Shown: in pieces, positions 1-8,466 of the stretch
Numbering within the stretch: the stretch's first letter is position 1
How the letters are laid out: each line of letters starts with the position of its first letter
Origin: a phage
Sequence record: PZ445437.1
DNA length: 64,000 nucleotides
Strand: one strand, 5' to 3'
Notes under the pieces: generated by a model
Told to the model about the DNA's origin: nothing
Databases searched by the model: none
What the model saw: the letters and a program-made list of their open reading frames with translations, nothing else
Translations under genes and position numbers: made by a program

Positions 1-2
1 GA

Positions 3-233
3 GGTGGCGCAGCGGCAGCATCCGCTGGTACAATTTCTGCTCCTGGTAAAGGTACTGTTTCTGGGGTTCACTATGGAGGAAATGGTGGAGATTTGGGAGC
101 TGCTGGCAAATCTTCATATATTAAAGGTGGTACTGGAGGAACTGTTCACTCGGGTGGTGCAGCAGGTAAAGCTGTTACTGGTAATGCTCCAACTTGGACT
201 AAAGTTGGCACAATATATGGTTCAAGAGTATAA
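3..233 (+). CDS. 38: Partial (5'-truncated at window edge) C-terminus of tail-fibre adhesin gp38, glycine-rich receptor-recognition region
   Basis: Frame 3 is open from the window edge to TAA at 231-233 and encodes Gly-rich motifs (GGAAAASAG...GGNGG...GGTGG...); sits immediately upstream of holin t as in T-even phages. The frame-1 ORF in the track (4..240) looks like a shadow. Confidence 0.55.
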   Translation, partial: GGAAAASAGTISAPGKGTVSGVHYGGNGGDLGAAGKSSYIKGGTGGTVHSGGAAGKAVTGNAPTWTKVGTIYGSRV

Positions 234-265
234 TTTTTGAATAAATATCCTTAAAAGGAGGGTCT

Positions 266-922
266 ATGGCAGCACCTAGAATATCATTTTCGCCCTCTGA
301 TATTCTATTTGGTGTTCTAGATCGCTTGTTCAAAGATAACGCTACCGGGAAGGTTCTTGCCTCCCGGGTAGCTGTCGTAATTCTTTTATTTATGATGGCG
401 ATTGTTTGGTATAGGGGAGATAGTTTCTTTGAGTACTATAAGCAATCAAAGTATGAAACATACAGTGAAATTATTGAAAAGGAAAGAAATGCACGCTTTG
501 AATCTGTCGCCCTGGAACAACTCCAGATAGTTCATATATCATCTGAGGCAGACTTTAGTGCGGTGTATTCTTTCCGCCCTAAAAACTTAAACTATTTTGT
601 TGATATTATAGCATATGAAGGAAGATTACCTTCAACAATAACTGAAAAATCACTTGGAGGATATCCTGTTGATAAAACTATGGATGAATATACAGTTCAT
701 TTAAATGGACGTCATTATTATTCCAATTCAAAATTTGCTTTTTTACCAACTAAAAAGCCTACTCCCGAAATAAACTACATGTACAGTTGTCCATATTTCA
801 ATTTGGATAATATCTATGCTGGAACAATAACCATGTACTGGTATAGAAATGATCATATAAGTAATGACCGCCTTGAATCAATATGTGCTCAGGCGGCCAG
901 AATATTAGGAAGGGCTAAATAA
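266..922 (+). CDS. t: Holin T (lysis / lysis-inhibition holin)
   Basis: 218 aa, the length of T4 gpt; N-terminal transmembrane segment then large periplasmic domain; SD GGAGGG upstream; position after gene 38. Confidence 0.85.
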   Translation: MAAPRISFSPSDILFGVLDRLFKDNATGKVLASRVAVVILLFMMAIVWYRGDSFFEYYKQSKYETYSEIIEKERNARFESVALEQLQIVHISSEADFSAVYSFRPKNLNYFVDIIAYEGRLPSTITEKSLGGYPVDKTMDEYTVHLNGRHYYSNSKFAFLPTKKPTPEINYMYSCPYFNLDNIYAGTITMYWYRNDHISNDRLESICAQAARILGRAK

Positions 923-1195
923 TTATTTGTTCGTATACATCTCTAGATATCGATATACACCCTCAAAACCCTCGTTGAATTCGTCGATGAGGGTTTTCTT
1001 ATCTTCTTGAGTTAATTCAGAAACAATTTTACGGAATGAATTCTGATTTAATTTTCTACCTTCATGCGTTACTCCAATCTCATTCAGAAATGCAATAAAA
1101 TTAGCACGATTTTCAACAATATCTTCTCTGGAAAATTTAATCAAAATAGACGCAACAGTAATAATTTCACGAACTGTATTAATGTTTTTATTCAT
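923..1195 (-). CDS. asiA: AsiA anti-sigma70 factor
   Basis: 90 aa; sequence MNKNINTVREIITVASILIKFSREDIVENRANFIAF... matches my recollection of T4 AsiA; position next to t. Confidence 0.88.
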   Translation of the reverse strand: MNKNINTVREIITVASILIKFSREDIVENRANFIAFLNEIGVTHEGRKLNQNSFRKIVSELTQEDKKTLIDEFNEGFEGVYRYLEMYTNK

Positions 1196-1207
1196 TAACT
1201 ATACCAC

Positions 1208-1360
1208 TCAATTAGTTGACTTTGTTATAATATCATCAGACGTTTGATTTGTAAACTGGTCTGTGTTATTTTCTTCAAAAATTTTTTCTACGAATTCTTT
1301 GAACGACTCACGTTCCTGAGCTACATTATGCTCGATTACCATTTCAAGATTATGACTCAT
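1208..1360 (-). CDS. Small hypothetical protein (50 aa)
   Basis: ATG overlaps the upstream stop (ATGA); acidic 50-aa ORF not in the track because it is under 60 aa. Confidence 0.3.
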   Translation of the reverse strand: MSHNLEMVIEHNVAQERESFKEFVEKIFEENNTDQFTNQTSDDIITKSTN

Positions 1361-1635
1361 TCGAAATAATCTTCAATTTCGTAATCATGGACATAAATCA
1401 TTATAGTTTTTAATACATCATCGATACTTTTTCCCGGAGCTGGAATTACGTAAAAATATCCTGCTTTTGAGAGGTCTTTATAAGTTCCAACCAAGAAATC
1501 ATTATTCTCAAGATGCAGTTCTTCAACTAATTCATTAACAATTGAACGGTATAAATTTGGTAAAAACTTATATAGCTTTTCTAGAATATCAATTTTGATT
1601 GTATATTGAACCACGGACTGAGAATCAATAATCAT
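1357..1635 (-). CDS. arn: Arn-like small acidic protein (candidate anti-restriction DNA mimic)
   Basis: 92 aa, the length of T4 Arn, in the arn position between asiA and motA; acidic C-terminus. Assignment by synteny and length only. Confidence 0.45.
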   Translation of the reverse strand: MIIDSQSVVQYTIKIDILEKLYKFLPNLYRSIVNELVEELHLENNDFLVGTYKDLSKAGYFYVIPAPGKSIDDVLKTIMIYVHDYEIEDYFE

Positions 1636-1718
1636 AGACCTTCCCCTTATGTTTCTGTTTGCGATTAGATTCTTTAAACGCTTTCTTCTTATCCTTATGA
1701 ACAGAAGCTTTATTAAAA

Positions 1719-1937
1719 TTATGTTTTGCGACTAAATTGTTCATAGTGCTGAATTACCTCTCTTAAACATTTGCATGTGAATGAAAACTTTTTAGCTACA
1801 CCACATTCAAATATATGTTCTCTTAAATCGCGTGTATCGGTATATCCCATCTCAACAATAAAATGCCGTATTAGATTTTTATCTTTATCATTGAGAGAAT
1901 TAAAATAATCAGATTTTGAATTAATTTCCCTGGCCAA
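1719..1937 (-). CDS. Hypothetical protein (72 aa)
   Basis: ORF in the arn-motA accessory block; no recognisable motif. Confidence 0.4.
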   Translation of the reverse strand: MAREINSKSDYFNSLNDKDKNLIRHFIVEMGYTDTRDLREHIFECGVAKKFSFTCKCLREVIQHYEQFSRKT

Positions 1938-2217
1938 ATTGAATCACCTTCAGTTGACGTTTTAATTCTTTTATCATTTCTTCGTTCATCGCAATATAAA
2001 GATCGCGTAAAGCAGGTTTTAGCATTCCATTTACCGGAGAACTAAATGGGCATACATAATCTTTTCCTACGAGCTTTTTAGTGAATTCCATATCACAGAA
2101 CTTAAATCCCGGCTCATTGGTATAAATTCCCCAATTAGTTGACATCATTTTATTGGCATATTCTAGTGCCTGGATTTGATTCATAATTCCATCAATTTGA
2201 AACTTTTTAATATTCAT
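1921..2217 (-). CDS. Hypothetical protein (98 aa)
   Basis: ORF with coupled start/stop to neighbours. Confidence 0.45.
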   Translation of the reverse strand: MNIKKFQIDGIMNQIQALEYANKMMSTNWGIYTNEPGFKFCDMEFTKKLVGKDYVCPFSSPVNGMLKPALRDLYIAMNEEMIKELKRQLKVIQFGQGN

Positions 2218-2678
2218 TAGTAAAGGTCCTCAGAGTAAAGTTCTTTTTCACTACCACCACGTTCAATACGTACTTGTCCGGCATAAGTTGCAATAATCAT
2301 TGCTTCTTCACGTGTCCAATAATTACTATATTGGTCAATAAATCCTTGGTCATCATCACAAACTTGCTGAGTAACTAATTGAGGTTTAACTACATCTAAA
2401 ACTTCTGCCATATCTTTAGAATAATGACGAGCACCTGGAATAATAAGAGTTCGTCCATCTTTTAATTTAAAGCGATTTGCTGCACAGACAATTCGTCGTT
2501 GATACTTTTGGTTTTCATCCCAATATGCAGTCTGCCAACAGATTTCAGGAACTTCTTTCAGAATATCTTCTTCTGTGCATTTATAACCATGCGCTTTAAA
2601 TTTTTGAACAAGACTCTCCGGAGTCTCACGAGATAAAGGAACATTCAGCATTTTTAAACGATTGATAAATGGGTTCAT
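2217..2678 (-). CDS. Hypothetical protein (153 aa)
   Basis: Long ORF, ATGA-type overlap with the downstream gene; no motif recognised. Confidence 0.5.
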   Translation of the reverse strand: MNPFINRLKMLNVPLSRETPESLVQKFKAHGYKCTEEDILKEVPEICWQTAYWDENQKYQRRIVCAANRFKLKDGRTLIIPGARHYSKDMAEVLDVVKPQLVTQQVCDDDQGFIDQYSNYWTREEAMIIATYAGQVRIERGGSEKELYSEDLY

Positions 2679-3004
2679 TTAAACCATCCTTTAATACGCT
2701 GCCACAAAGTTTTCTGTTGAGCTTTGTTAACACCAATTGAGCGAATAACTGGTTGAGATTCCTGGAATTCTTTATAATCAGCAAGGTAAATTTCGTAAGC
2801 TGCATCCGTAAATGAACTTATCGCTGCCATAAAATTATTGCGAATACCTACTGGAGCATCTTTACTTTCACGAATAATCATGTATTTACCAGTCTTAATC
2901 TTTACGATAGTTCCAAGATAAGCTCCATGATACCAGATGTCCCACCCCTCTTGAGTGGGTTCTGCACAACGACGAAGTTCATTGACAATTTCTAACTTGT
3001 TCAT
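2675..3004 (-). CDS. Hypothetical protein (109 aa, motA.1 position)
   Basis: ORF immediately downstream of motA in the same operon. Confidence 0.5.
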   Translation of the reverse strand: MNKLEIVNELRRCAEPTQEGWDIWYHGAYLGTIVKIKTGKYMIIRESKDAPVGIRNNFMAAISSFTDAAYEIYLADYKEFQESQPVIRSIGVNKAQQKTLWQRIKGWFK

Positions 3005-3014
3005 TATTTATTCC

Positions 3015-3650
3015 TCACAGTTCAGATGCTACAGTGATTACAGCTTCAATGTTTTCTGCCGAGCGTTTAATGTCAAGATACACATTACCGTTTTTAGCGA
3101 TTTTACATGACATTCCGATATCAGTAAATTTCTGAATATGATGTTCCATCATTTTGTATCCAAAAATTCGCATATTTCCATTGTTGTTAATTTCAAAATT
3201 ACGAATTCCGTGAGTGCGTTTTTCTAAAATAGCGAGATAGTTACTGCGATAAGTTTCAACCTTTTTAAGAACAAATCCATTTTCATCTAAAAGTTTTAAC
3301 ATGAGGTCTTTATCTTCTTCCATATCGGAAGTAATCTCACGAGCTTTACGAGTTGCTCGTTTTTTCAGTAGTTCCGGAGCATTTTCCTGTGCGTATAAAG
3401 TTGCTGCATTTGAAATAATATCCTGAGCTTCACCTGTAATGATTAATCCATCACCAGATTTCTCCACCAGGCCTTTTTTAATCAATACCCCAATATTACT
3501 ATTAACTACTGCGTTACCTAAATCTGGATGCACCTCACGAACTTCTGCAGCTGTAATGAAATCTTTCTTAGCAATGGTAATTAAAATCGCAGCAGTTTTT
3601 TCATTCAGAACATCGTTAGAAGCTTTGATGATGTAAGTTACTTTAGACAT
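3015..3650 (-). CDS. motA: MotA middle-transcription activator
   Basis: 211 aa; MSKVTYIIKASNDVLNEKTAAILITIAKKDFITAAEVREVHPDLGNAVVNSNIGVLIKKGLVEKSGDGLIITGEA... matches my recollection of T4 MotA. Confidence 0.9.
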   Translation of the reverse strand: MSKVTYIIKASNDVLNEKTAAILITIAKKDFITAAEVREVHPDLGNAVVNSNIGVLIKKGLVEKSGDGLIITGEAQDIISNAATLYAQENAPELLKKRATRKAREITSDMEEDKDLMLKLLDENGFVLKKVETYRSNYLAILEKRTHGIRNFEINNNGNMRIFGYKMMEHHIQKFTDIGMSCKIAKNGNVYLDIKRSAENIEAVITVASEL

Positions 3651-3691
3651 TTTCTAATCTCCGTAATTCTGTATCAGTAGTTGATAGTTGT

Positions 3692-3721
3692 ATAGTACCA
3701 CAGTATGCTTTGGTTGTAAAC
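3692..3721 (-). promoter_or_regulatory. T4-type early promoter (-35 GTTTAC, -10 TACTAT) with A/T-rich UP region, upstream of motA
   Basis: Minus-strand reading gives GTTTAC, 18 nt, TACTAT, followed by conserved leader caactatcaactac..ggag; one copy of a repeated cassette. Confidence 0.5.
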
Positions 3722-3753
3722 CGTTTTGTGAAAAAAATTTTAAAATAAAAAAA

Positions 3754-3773
3754 GGGAGAGCCTCGGCTCTCCC
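3754..3773 (-). terminator. Rho-independent terminator hairpin (8-bp GC stem, tetraloop, U-tract)
   Basis: gggagagc-ctcg-gctctccc followed on the minus strand by a long U run. Confidence 0.55.
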
Positions 3774-3778
3774 TAAAA

Positions 3779-3928
3779 TTACTGCATGACTGTGATAACT
3801 GTCATGATAACACGTTGAATTCCGAACGCAAGAAGACCTCCTGCTACAGCTGGAACAACGCCTAAACCCGCCAGTAAAATGCTACCGGATACTAATGCAG
3901 CGCTTGTAATACCAATGAATGGACTCAT
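3779..3928 (-). CDS. Small hydrophobic membrane protein (49 aa)
   Basis: ATG overlaps the gene 52 stop (ATGA); translation MSPFIGITSAALVSGSILLAGLGVVPAVAGGLLAFGIQRVIMTVITVMQ is fully hydrophobic. Confidence 0.4.
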   Translation of the reverse strand: MSPFIGITSAALVSGSILLAGLGVVPAVAGGLLAFGIQRVIMTVITVMQ

Positions 3929-5253
3929 TTGATTTCCTCTAAATCTTTAGTGTATTCAGTAACTACATCAGTAGTTTTCCAATATTCGTTTTCTTCTTTT
4001 TTAGCTTTAGCTTCTTCAGCAAGTTTCTTTGCTTCGTCGGAAGTCATATGAAAAATATTCATTCCGACTAGTTTATCAACATAAGAAGAATACATCTCAA
4101 TTTTAGAAAGTTCTTCGGTCAGTTCTTTACGAGTTTTACCCTGCACAACGATTTCACCTGAAATTACTTTCTTAATGAAATGTGCCTTGGCAAAGGCTAA
4201 ACGAAAAGCTGACTCAGTTTCTTTAATTTTGTTATCAATTCGTTTTTGGACATAAGTTTTACGAACTTCAACGAAATCTTTAATTAAATCAACTACGTTA
4301 TCGTAAACTTGTAGTTTTCCTTTCTCATTAATAACCGTAATATTCTGAGAACGACGCTCAATCAACCCGAAGTCTTTCATAATTTTTGCATGACGTTCTT
4401 CTTCATTATCGCTCAAAGAATATTCTTTGCGGAATTTAACTTTGAATCCAAAACCATGCTCACCACAAGCATCATCCCATGCAATGAAGCCTTTATCTTC
4501 AAGCGGGTCTAAGATTTTACTCACATAAGTTTCACGATCATACTTATACGGAATCTCAGTGATATGCATTTGAGTTCGTGAAGTAAACTTATATGTTCCA
4601 CGAATTTCATATTGCCCATCAATTTCAACGACTTCACCACGAAATTCTGGGAATTCTACTTTCGGTTTAGTTACTTTCTTTCCTTGAAGAGCTTGTAGTA
4701 CAGCTTTCTTAACAGAAGAAACACTATGAGGAAGAATGTAAGTTGCATAACCAGTTGCAATACCGGAAACGCCATTAAGAAGAACAGTAGGAATAATAGG
4801 CAAATAGAAAGCAGGCGGAATGTGTTCTTTATCTTGATGTACCGGAGCATATTCAGTATCTTTATATACGTTATAGAAATTTTTACTTACACGAGCAAAA
4901 ATATAACGACTTGCTGCTGCTTTTTGGACGGTACGAGAACCAAAGTTTCCTTGACCATCTAACAGAGGAAAGTTATTATTCCAAGTGTTAGCCATCAAAG
5001 CACCTGCATCTTGTGCAGAGTTTTCGCCATGGTGATATCCAAGGTCCGCTACACCACCTGCAATAGAAGCGAGTTTGTGAAACTTATCTTTATTTCCTCG
5101 TGCCAAATCAAGAGCTCGAGCAATAACAAATCGTTGAACTGGCTTAAATCCGTCAATCATATTTGGGATAGCACGATTTTCAACCGTGTACATAGCATAA
5201 GCCAATGCTTCATTATCAATGATACTTTTTAAATCGCGATTATTCAGTTGCAT
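3925..5253 (-). CDS. 52: DNA topoisomerase II medium subunit gp52 (GyrA-like)
   Basis: 442 aa, the length of T4 gp52; GyrA-like N-terminal DNA breakage-reunion region. Confidence 0.9.
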   Translation of the reverse strand: MQLNNRDLKSIIDNEALAYAMYTVENRAIPNMIDGFKPVQRFVIARALDLARGNKDKFHKLASIAGGVADLGYHHGENSAQDAGALMANTWNNNFPLLDGQGNFGSRTVQKAAASRYIFARVSKNFYNVYKDTEYAPVHQDKEHIPPAFYLPIIPTVLLNGVSGIATGYATYILPHSVSSVKKAVLQALQGKKVTKPKVEFPEFRGEVVEIDGQYEIRGTYKFTSRTQMHITEIPYKYDRETYVSKILDPLEDKGFIAWDDACGEHGFGFKVKFRKEYSLSDNEEERHAKIMKDFGLIERRSQNITVINEKGKLQVYDNVVDLIKDFVEVRKTYVQKRIDNKIKETESAFRLAFAKAHFIKKVISGEIVVQGKTRKELTEELSKIEMYSSYVDKLVGMNIFHMTSDEAKKLAEEAKAKKEENEYWKTTDVVTEYTKDLEEIK

Positions 5254-5257
5254 AAAT

Positions 5258-5398
5258 TTACCATACTAGTGAATGTAGTGCCATAATAACATCAGAAATG
5301 AAAAGCACGACTTGAATTAATCCGAACATTACTCCATAATATAGTGCTACCAATAAAGTAGCAAGGGCTAGTGAATAGCCCAAGATTTTCTTAATCAT
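5258..5398 (-). CDS. Small hydrophobic protein (46 aa)
   Basis: ATG overlaps the upstream stop; hydrophobic peptide MIKKILGYSLALATLLVALYYGVMFGLIQVVLF... Confidence 0.35.
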   Translation of the reverse strand: MIKKILGYSLALATLLVALYYGVMFGLIQVVLFISDVIMALHSLVW

Positions 5399-5549
5399 TA
5401 GTAGATAACAACACAAATGTTAAATATGCACACATACCCTGGGCTAAAGCTTGTGAAAACACACTGCTAGCATCGATACAGATAGTTAAAACACATGCTA
5501 CTATCCAACAAATAAATGAAATAACTCCTAATAATTTTGCAATATTCAT
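5391..5549 (-). CDS. ac: Small membrane protein, ac-like (52 aa)
   Basis: 52 aa hydrophobic ORF with RBS GGAAAATATG, in the position and size of T4 ac; synteny-based. Confidence 0.4.
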   Translation of the reverse strand: MNIAKLLGVISFICWIVACVLTICIDASSVFSQALAQGMCAYLTFVLLSTND

Positions 5550-5556
5550 ATTTTCC

Positions 5557-5637
5557 TCACTGGCGTCCGAAGACGCCTTTAGTTTTAAGATTATTACGAT
5601 AGAACTGCATCACGTGTTCGTTGTGGAAATTACTCAT
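5557..5637 (-). CDS. stp: Stp peptide (26 aa; activator of host PrrC anticodon nuclease)
   Basis: Encodes [26 protein letters not shown], which matches my recollection of T4 Stp; sits between ndd and ac. Confidence 0.6.
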
Positions 5638-6095
5638 TAATATGCCTGCAAAACGAATTTAAAGTTATCAGCCAACATACGGTTCATTTCTTCAAGTGTT
5701 TGATACTCGGAATGATGATTACGGGTAAACGCCAAAGCTAACTGACCTTTACCAAATCCTGTCGTCAGAGGTTTCATCTTAGAAGCAGGCAGATAAAATA
5801 CTGTGTATACCATATTGTTATTTGCAATAGTACGTGCAAGCTGAGACCGACGTTGACGAATATGACTTAGAACTGCACTGAATCCTTGCTTAGAACGCTG
5901 ATTACCTACATAAAATCGTGCAGACACACATGGATTACTAAATGGACGACCATCTAATTTACTTACTAAAAAGTAAAATCCAGGTTTAGATAAAATATCT
6001 TTATGCGGAGTTCCCAAAAACCACTCACCACCCTTGATTGTACCAATAACAGTTGCGCCTGCATTATTCAGATCAGTAACAGTCATATATTTCAT
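5637..6095 (-). CDS. ndd: Ndd-like nucleoid disruption protein
   Basis: 152 aa from the internal ATG with RBS AGGAAA (T4 Ndd 151 aa); the track's longer ORF uses an upstream start. Synteny-based. Confidence 0.55.
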
Positions 6096-6155
6096 ATTAA
6101 TTTCCTCTAAATTATTTTCTACTCCAAGGTCGCATGAATACACGCGGCCATTAAA

Positions 6156-6371
6156 TTAATCGTCGCAGTCGACGCTCAATTCCCAAAACTCTTCTACGGT
6201 ATAAGTTTCAGTATCATTTTCAATACAAAAACGTTCATTACTGTTATTTGCTAAAGTAGCATTAACTGTCGGTTTCTCGCTAGTGCTCTTAAGAGGTGAA
6301 ATGCGAATTAACTGATCACCGTTATCTAAACAGAAAATTTCACCAACTTTTACATCTTTAAAACTTTTCAT
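6156..6371 (-). CDS. Hypothetical protein (71 aa)
   Basis: ORF in the ndd-denB accessory block. Confidence 0.45.
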   Translation of the reverse strand: MKSFKDVKVGEIFCLDNGDQLIRISPLKSTSEKPTVNATLANNSNERFCIENDTETYTVEEFWELSVDCDD

Positions 6372-6486
6372 AATTCACCTCAAGGAGTATAAAATCCAAA
6401 TGCAGTTGTTGACCATCCCATCCAATATGGAAAATTTGCACCAATGTAAAACATAAGAATATAAAACCAAATGTTTAGTAAATTCA

Positions 6487-6705
6487 TTATTTTACACCAT
6501 TCCAAATTGTTTCAACTACAGATTTTAAGCCATTTTGATGAATGTCCATTCCGACTACCGCCATCAAATAGATTCCAACTACAACTGAACCTAAGGCAAA
6601 AATCAGCATGAAAATGAATAAAGCCGGAAAAATATTATCGAAAAACCATTCAATAAATGTAAAAGCACTGCGTTTACGCTTCATATTTTCCTCACATAAA
6701 TCCAA
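6487..6705 (-). CDS. Small membrane protein (72 aa)
   Basis: Long hydrophobic segment (FPALFIFMLIFALGSVVVGIYLMAVVG). Confidence 0.45.
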   Translation of the reverse strand: MDLCEENMKRKRSAFTFIEWFFDNIFPALFIFMLIFALGSVVVGIYLMAVVGMDIHQNGLKSVVETIWNGVK

Positions 6706-6805
6706 AGTAAACGTTTAATACATCAATCATTAAAACGATTGGGAATATACTCAAAACTATTAGTATTATAACTACATTCCATATAGCTTTAACAATCTTT
6801 TTCAT
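6692..6805 (-). CDS. Small membrane peptide (37 aa)
   Basis: Internal ATG preceded by the GGAGGA leader of an early-promoter cassette; the track's N-terminal extension overlaps the promoter itself. Confidence 0.3.
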   Translation of the reverse strand: MKKIVKAIWNVVIILIVLSIFPIVLMIDVLNVYFGFM

Positions 6806-6833
6806 TTTCTGTTCCTCCGTAGTTGATAGGGTA

Positions 6834-6863
6834 ATAGTACCACGGAAGAACAGTCTTGTAAAC
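6834..6863 (-). promoter_or_regulatory. T4-type early promoter cassette
   Basis: GTTTAC, 18 nt, TACTAT and conserved leader on the minus strand. Confidence 0.45.
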
Positions 6864-7047
6864 AACTTTTTAAAAATATTCGTAATAAATGTGAATACCA
6901 ACTACTACCGCTGAAACCTGTGCAACCCACCACGCACAAGCAATAAGTACAGAATTCAAAATTTTCATAATAACCTCATCACAAAAGTAAATGTTAAACA
7001 AATTACTGGAATACTAATTAACCAAACAAAACACCACCATAATGAAC

Positions 7048-7311
7048 TCATAGTTCAATCTCAATGATTTCAAGATTATTTTCTTTAATAGCTTTCTTTA
7101 AATCATCGTAAATAAGAACTTCCCAAGAATTGTTTAAATCACCATTCAACAAACGCTCTTGTTGCAATTTATCAGTAAGATACGGTTGATCTGATTCATA
7201 TTTAGACAATCCCAATGAAATAAATGATGTTGCATCGTCAATTTCAGAATATTGTACATGAACAAATTCACCTGTGATTTTATGTTTAGCGTAATAAAAT
7301 TTAAATTTCAT
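7048..7311 (-). CDS. Hypothetical protein (87 aa)
   Basis: Start set at the internal ATG downstream of the promoter cassette and GGAGGA SD. Confidence 0.45.
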   Translation of the reverse strand: MKFKFYYAKHKITGEFVHVQYSEIDDATSFISLGLSKYESDQPYLTDKLQQERLLNGDLNNSWEVLIYDDLKKAIKENNLEIIEIEL

Positions 7312-7338
7312 TTTTACTCCTCCGTAGCTGATAGTTGT

Positions 7339-7368
7339 ATAGTACCACGGTCCTTGTGGTATGTAAAC
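7339..7368 (-). promoter_or_regulatory. T4-type early promoter cassette
   Basis: GTTTAC, 18 nt, TACTAT, leader caactatcagctacggagga. Confidence 0.5.
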
Positions 7369-7385
7369 CATTTTGTGAAATTTTT

Positions 7386-7943
7386 TTAAATGGAAAGATA
7401 CCATCCGTTGTAGTTGCTTTTTCTTACAACCTTACGAAGGTCTTCTCTGTCACCGATGAACTTCGGAGTGTACTGGATGACACCTGGATGAATTTCTTTA
7501 GTGTTGAATATAATTATACAGTCAGCGACTTGATGATTTAGAATGGGCCCTAGATTTATTCCAGAACCGTATGGATACTCTCCGCTGCATCCTGTTGTTA
7601 CAGAAATCCAACGTGAGTCAGTTTGGTGTGTCTTAACTTCTACACGAAGCCCGCAGTATCTTGGATGCGCCAATACATCCCATGCGTATGTATACGGGTC
7701 ATTAACATCTTCTTGACCTTTATTAACATATCCGCTTAGCCAATCTGCCACAAAAAACTCTGCGTACACAGCGATACGGCATCTTTCGATAACTTCTGCT
7801 TTATCCTGGTTCGGGTTTTGTTTTAAAGAGTATCTTGCTGTATCAGCAATTTTGACCTTCATTTCAGTAGTCAAGTCACTGTTCGATAGGGTAAATGTCG
7901 GAATCTGAAATAGTCTCTGTAAACCCGGATTCGTTTTCTGCAT
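7386..7943 (-). CDS. denB: DenB-like endonuclease IV
   Basis: 185 aa, the length of T4 DenB, between ndd and rIIB; RBS AAGGAA. Synteny and length only. Confidence 0.5.
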   Translation of the reverse strand: MQKTNPGLQRLFQIPTFTLSNSDLTTEMKVKIADTARYSLKQNPNQDKAEVIERCRIAVYAEFFVADWLSGYVNKGQEDVNDPYTYAWDVLAHPRYCGLRVEVKTHQTDSRWISVTTGCSGEYPYGSGINLGPILNHQVADCIIIFNTKEIHPGVIQYTPKFIGDREDLRKVVRKSNYNGWYLSI

Positions 7944-8205
7944 TTAAACTTTCCTTTTTACCGCTGAGATAAGCGTTATACACTTTAAGAGTACCGTAGT
8001 AAATTCGGTCATTTTCATCTAAAGACACACGGTCAAGTTCATCAAGTTCCTTTTTATCCATGACTATAACATCATTGCAATAAAGAAACCCAAGTTTTTC
8101 GTGACCAAACTCAAATTTATTACAGTACACAATATTAGCGTGATGATTTCCGTGCAGTTTAATCTCTTTTATGTCGGAATCACCGATATTCATACAATAA
8201 ATCAT
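7876..8205 (-). CDS. Hypothetical protein (109 aa), 3' end overlaps the denB start
   Basis: Good RBS (AAGGAAAAATTATG) directly after a terminator hairpin; 68-nt out-of-frame overlap with denB. Confidence 0.4.
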   Translation of the reverse strand: MIYCMNIGDSDIKEIKLHGNHHANIVYCNKFEFGHEKLGFLYCNDVIVMDKKELDELDRVSLDENDRIYYGTLKVYNAYLSGKKESLNAENESGFTETISDSDIYPIEQ

Positions 8206-8225
8206 AATTTTTCCTTAAAACAAAA

Positions 8226-8237
8226 GGGCCGAAGCCC
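8226..8237 (-). terminator. GC-rich tetraloop hairpin with U-tract (terminator)
   Basis: GGGC-UUCG-GCCC then UUUUGUUUU on the minus-strand transcript. Confidence 0.5.
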
Positions 8238-8243
8238 TTTATT

Positions 8244-8438
8244 TTACTTGAATTGTGCAATTCTTTTCTCTAGACATTCAGCATAAGATTTCATTGAGAT
8301 GAACTGTGAAAGCAGCAGTTCTTGCTCAACTGCACTAACCGTTAGAAACTTTGTGCTTTCTAAAAATTTGCTCAGTGCATTAATTTTGAGCATTAATTGA
8401 TCGTATTCTTCTTTTACTCGTGCTTGATAACCTAACAT
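8244..8438 (-). CDS. Hypothetical protein (64 aa)
   Basis: ORF between rIIB and the denB region, flanked by hairpins. Confidence 0.45.
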   Translation of the reverse strand: MLGYQARVKEEYDQLMLKINALSKFLESTKFLTVSAVEQELLLSQFISMKSYAECLEKRIAQFK

Positions 8439-8454
8439 AATTTTCCTTAGTTAA

Positions 8455-8466
8455 GGGCCGAAGCCC
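8455..8466 (-). terminator. GC-rich tetraloop hairpin just after the rIIB stop (weak terminator or RNA stabiliser)
   Basis: gggccgaagccc palindrome; weak U-tail. Confidence 0.4.

Noticed and set aside
4-240. Frame-1 ORF of 78 aa from the track at the window start
   Set aside because: Its translation has no recognisable character, whereas frame 3 over the same bases encodes a Gly-rich gp38-type C-terminus ending just before the holin RBS. Treated as a shadow of the real frame.
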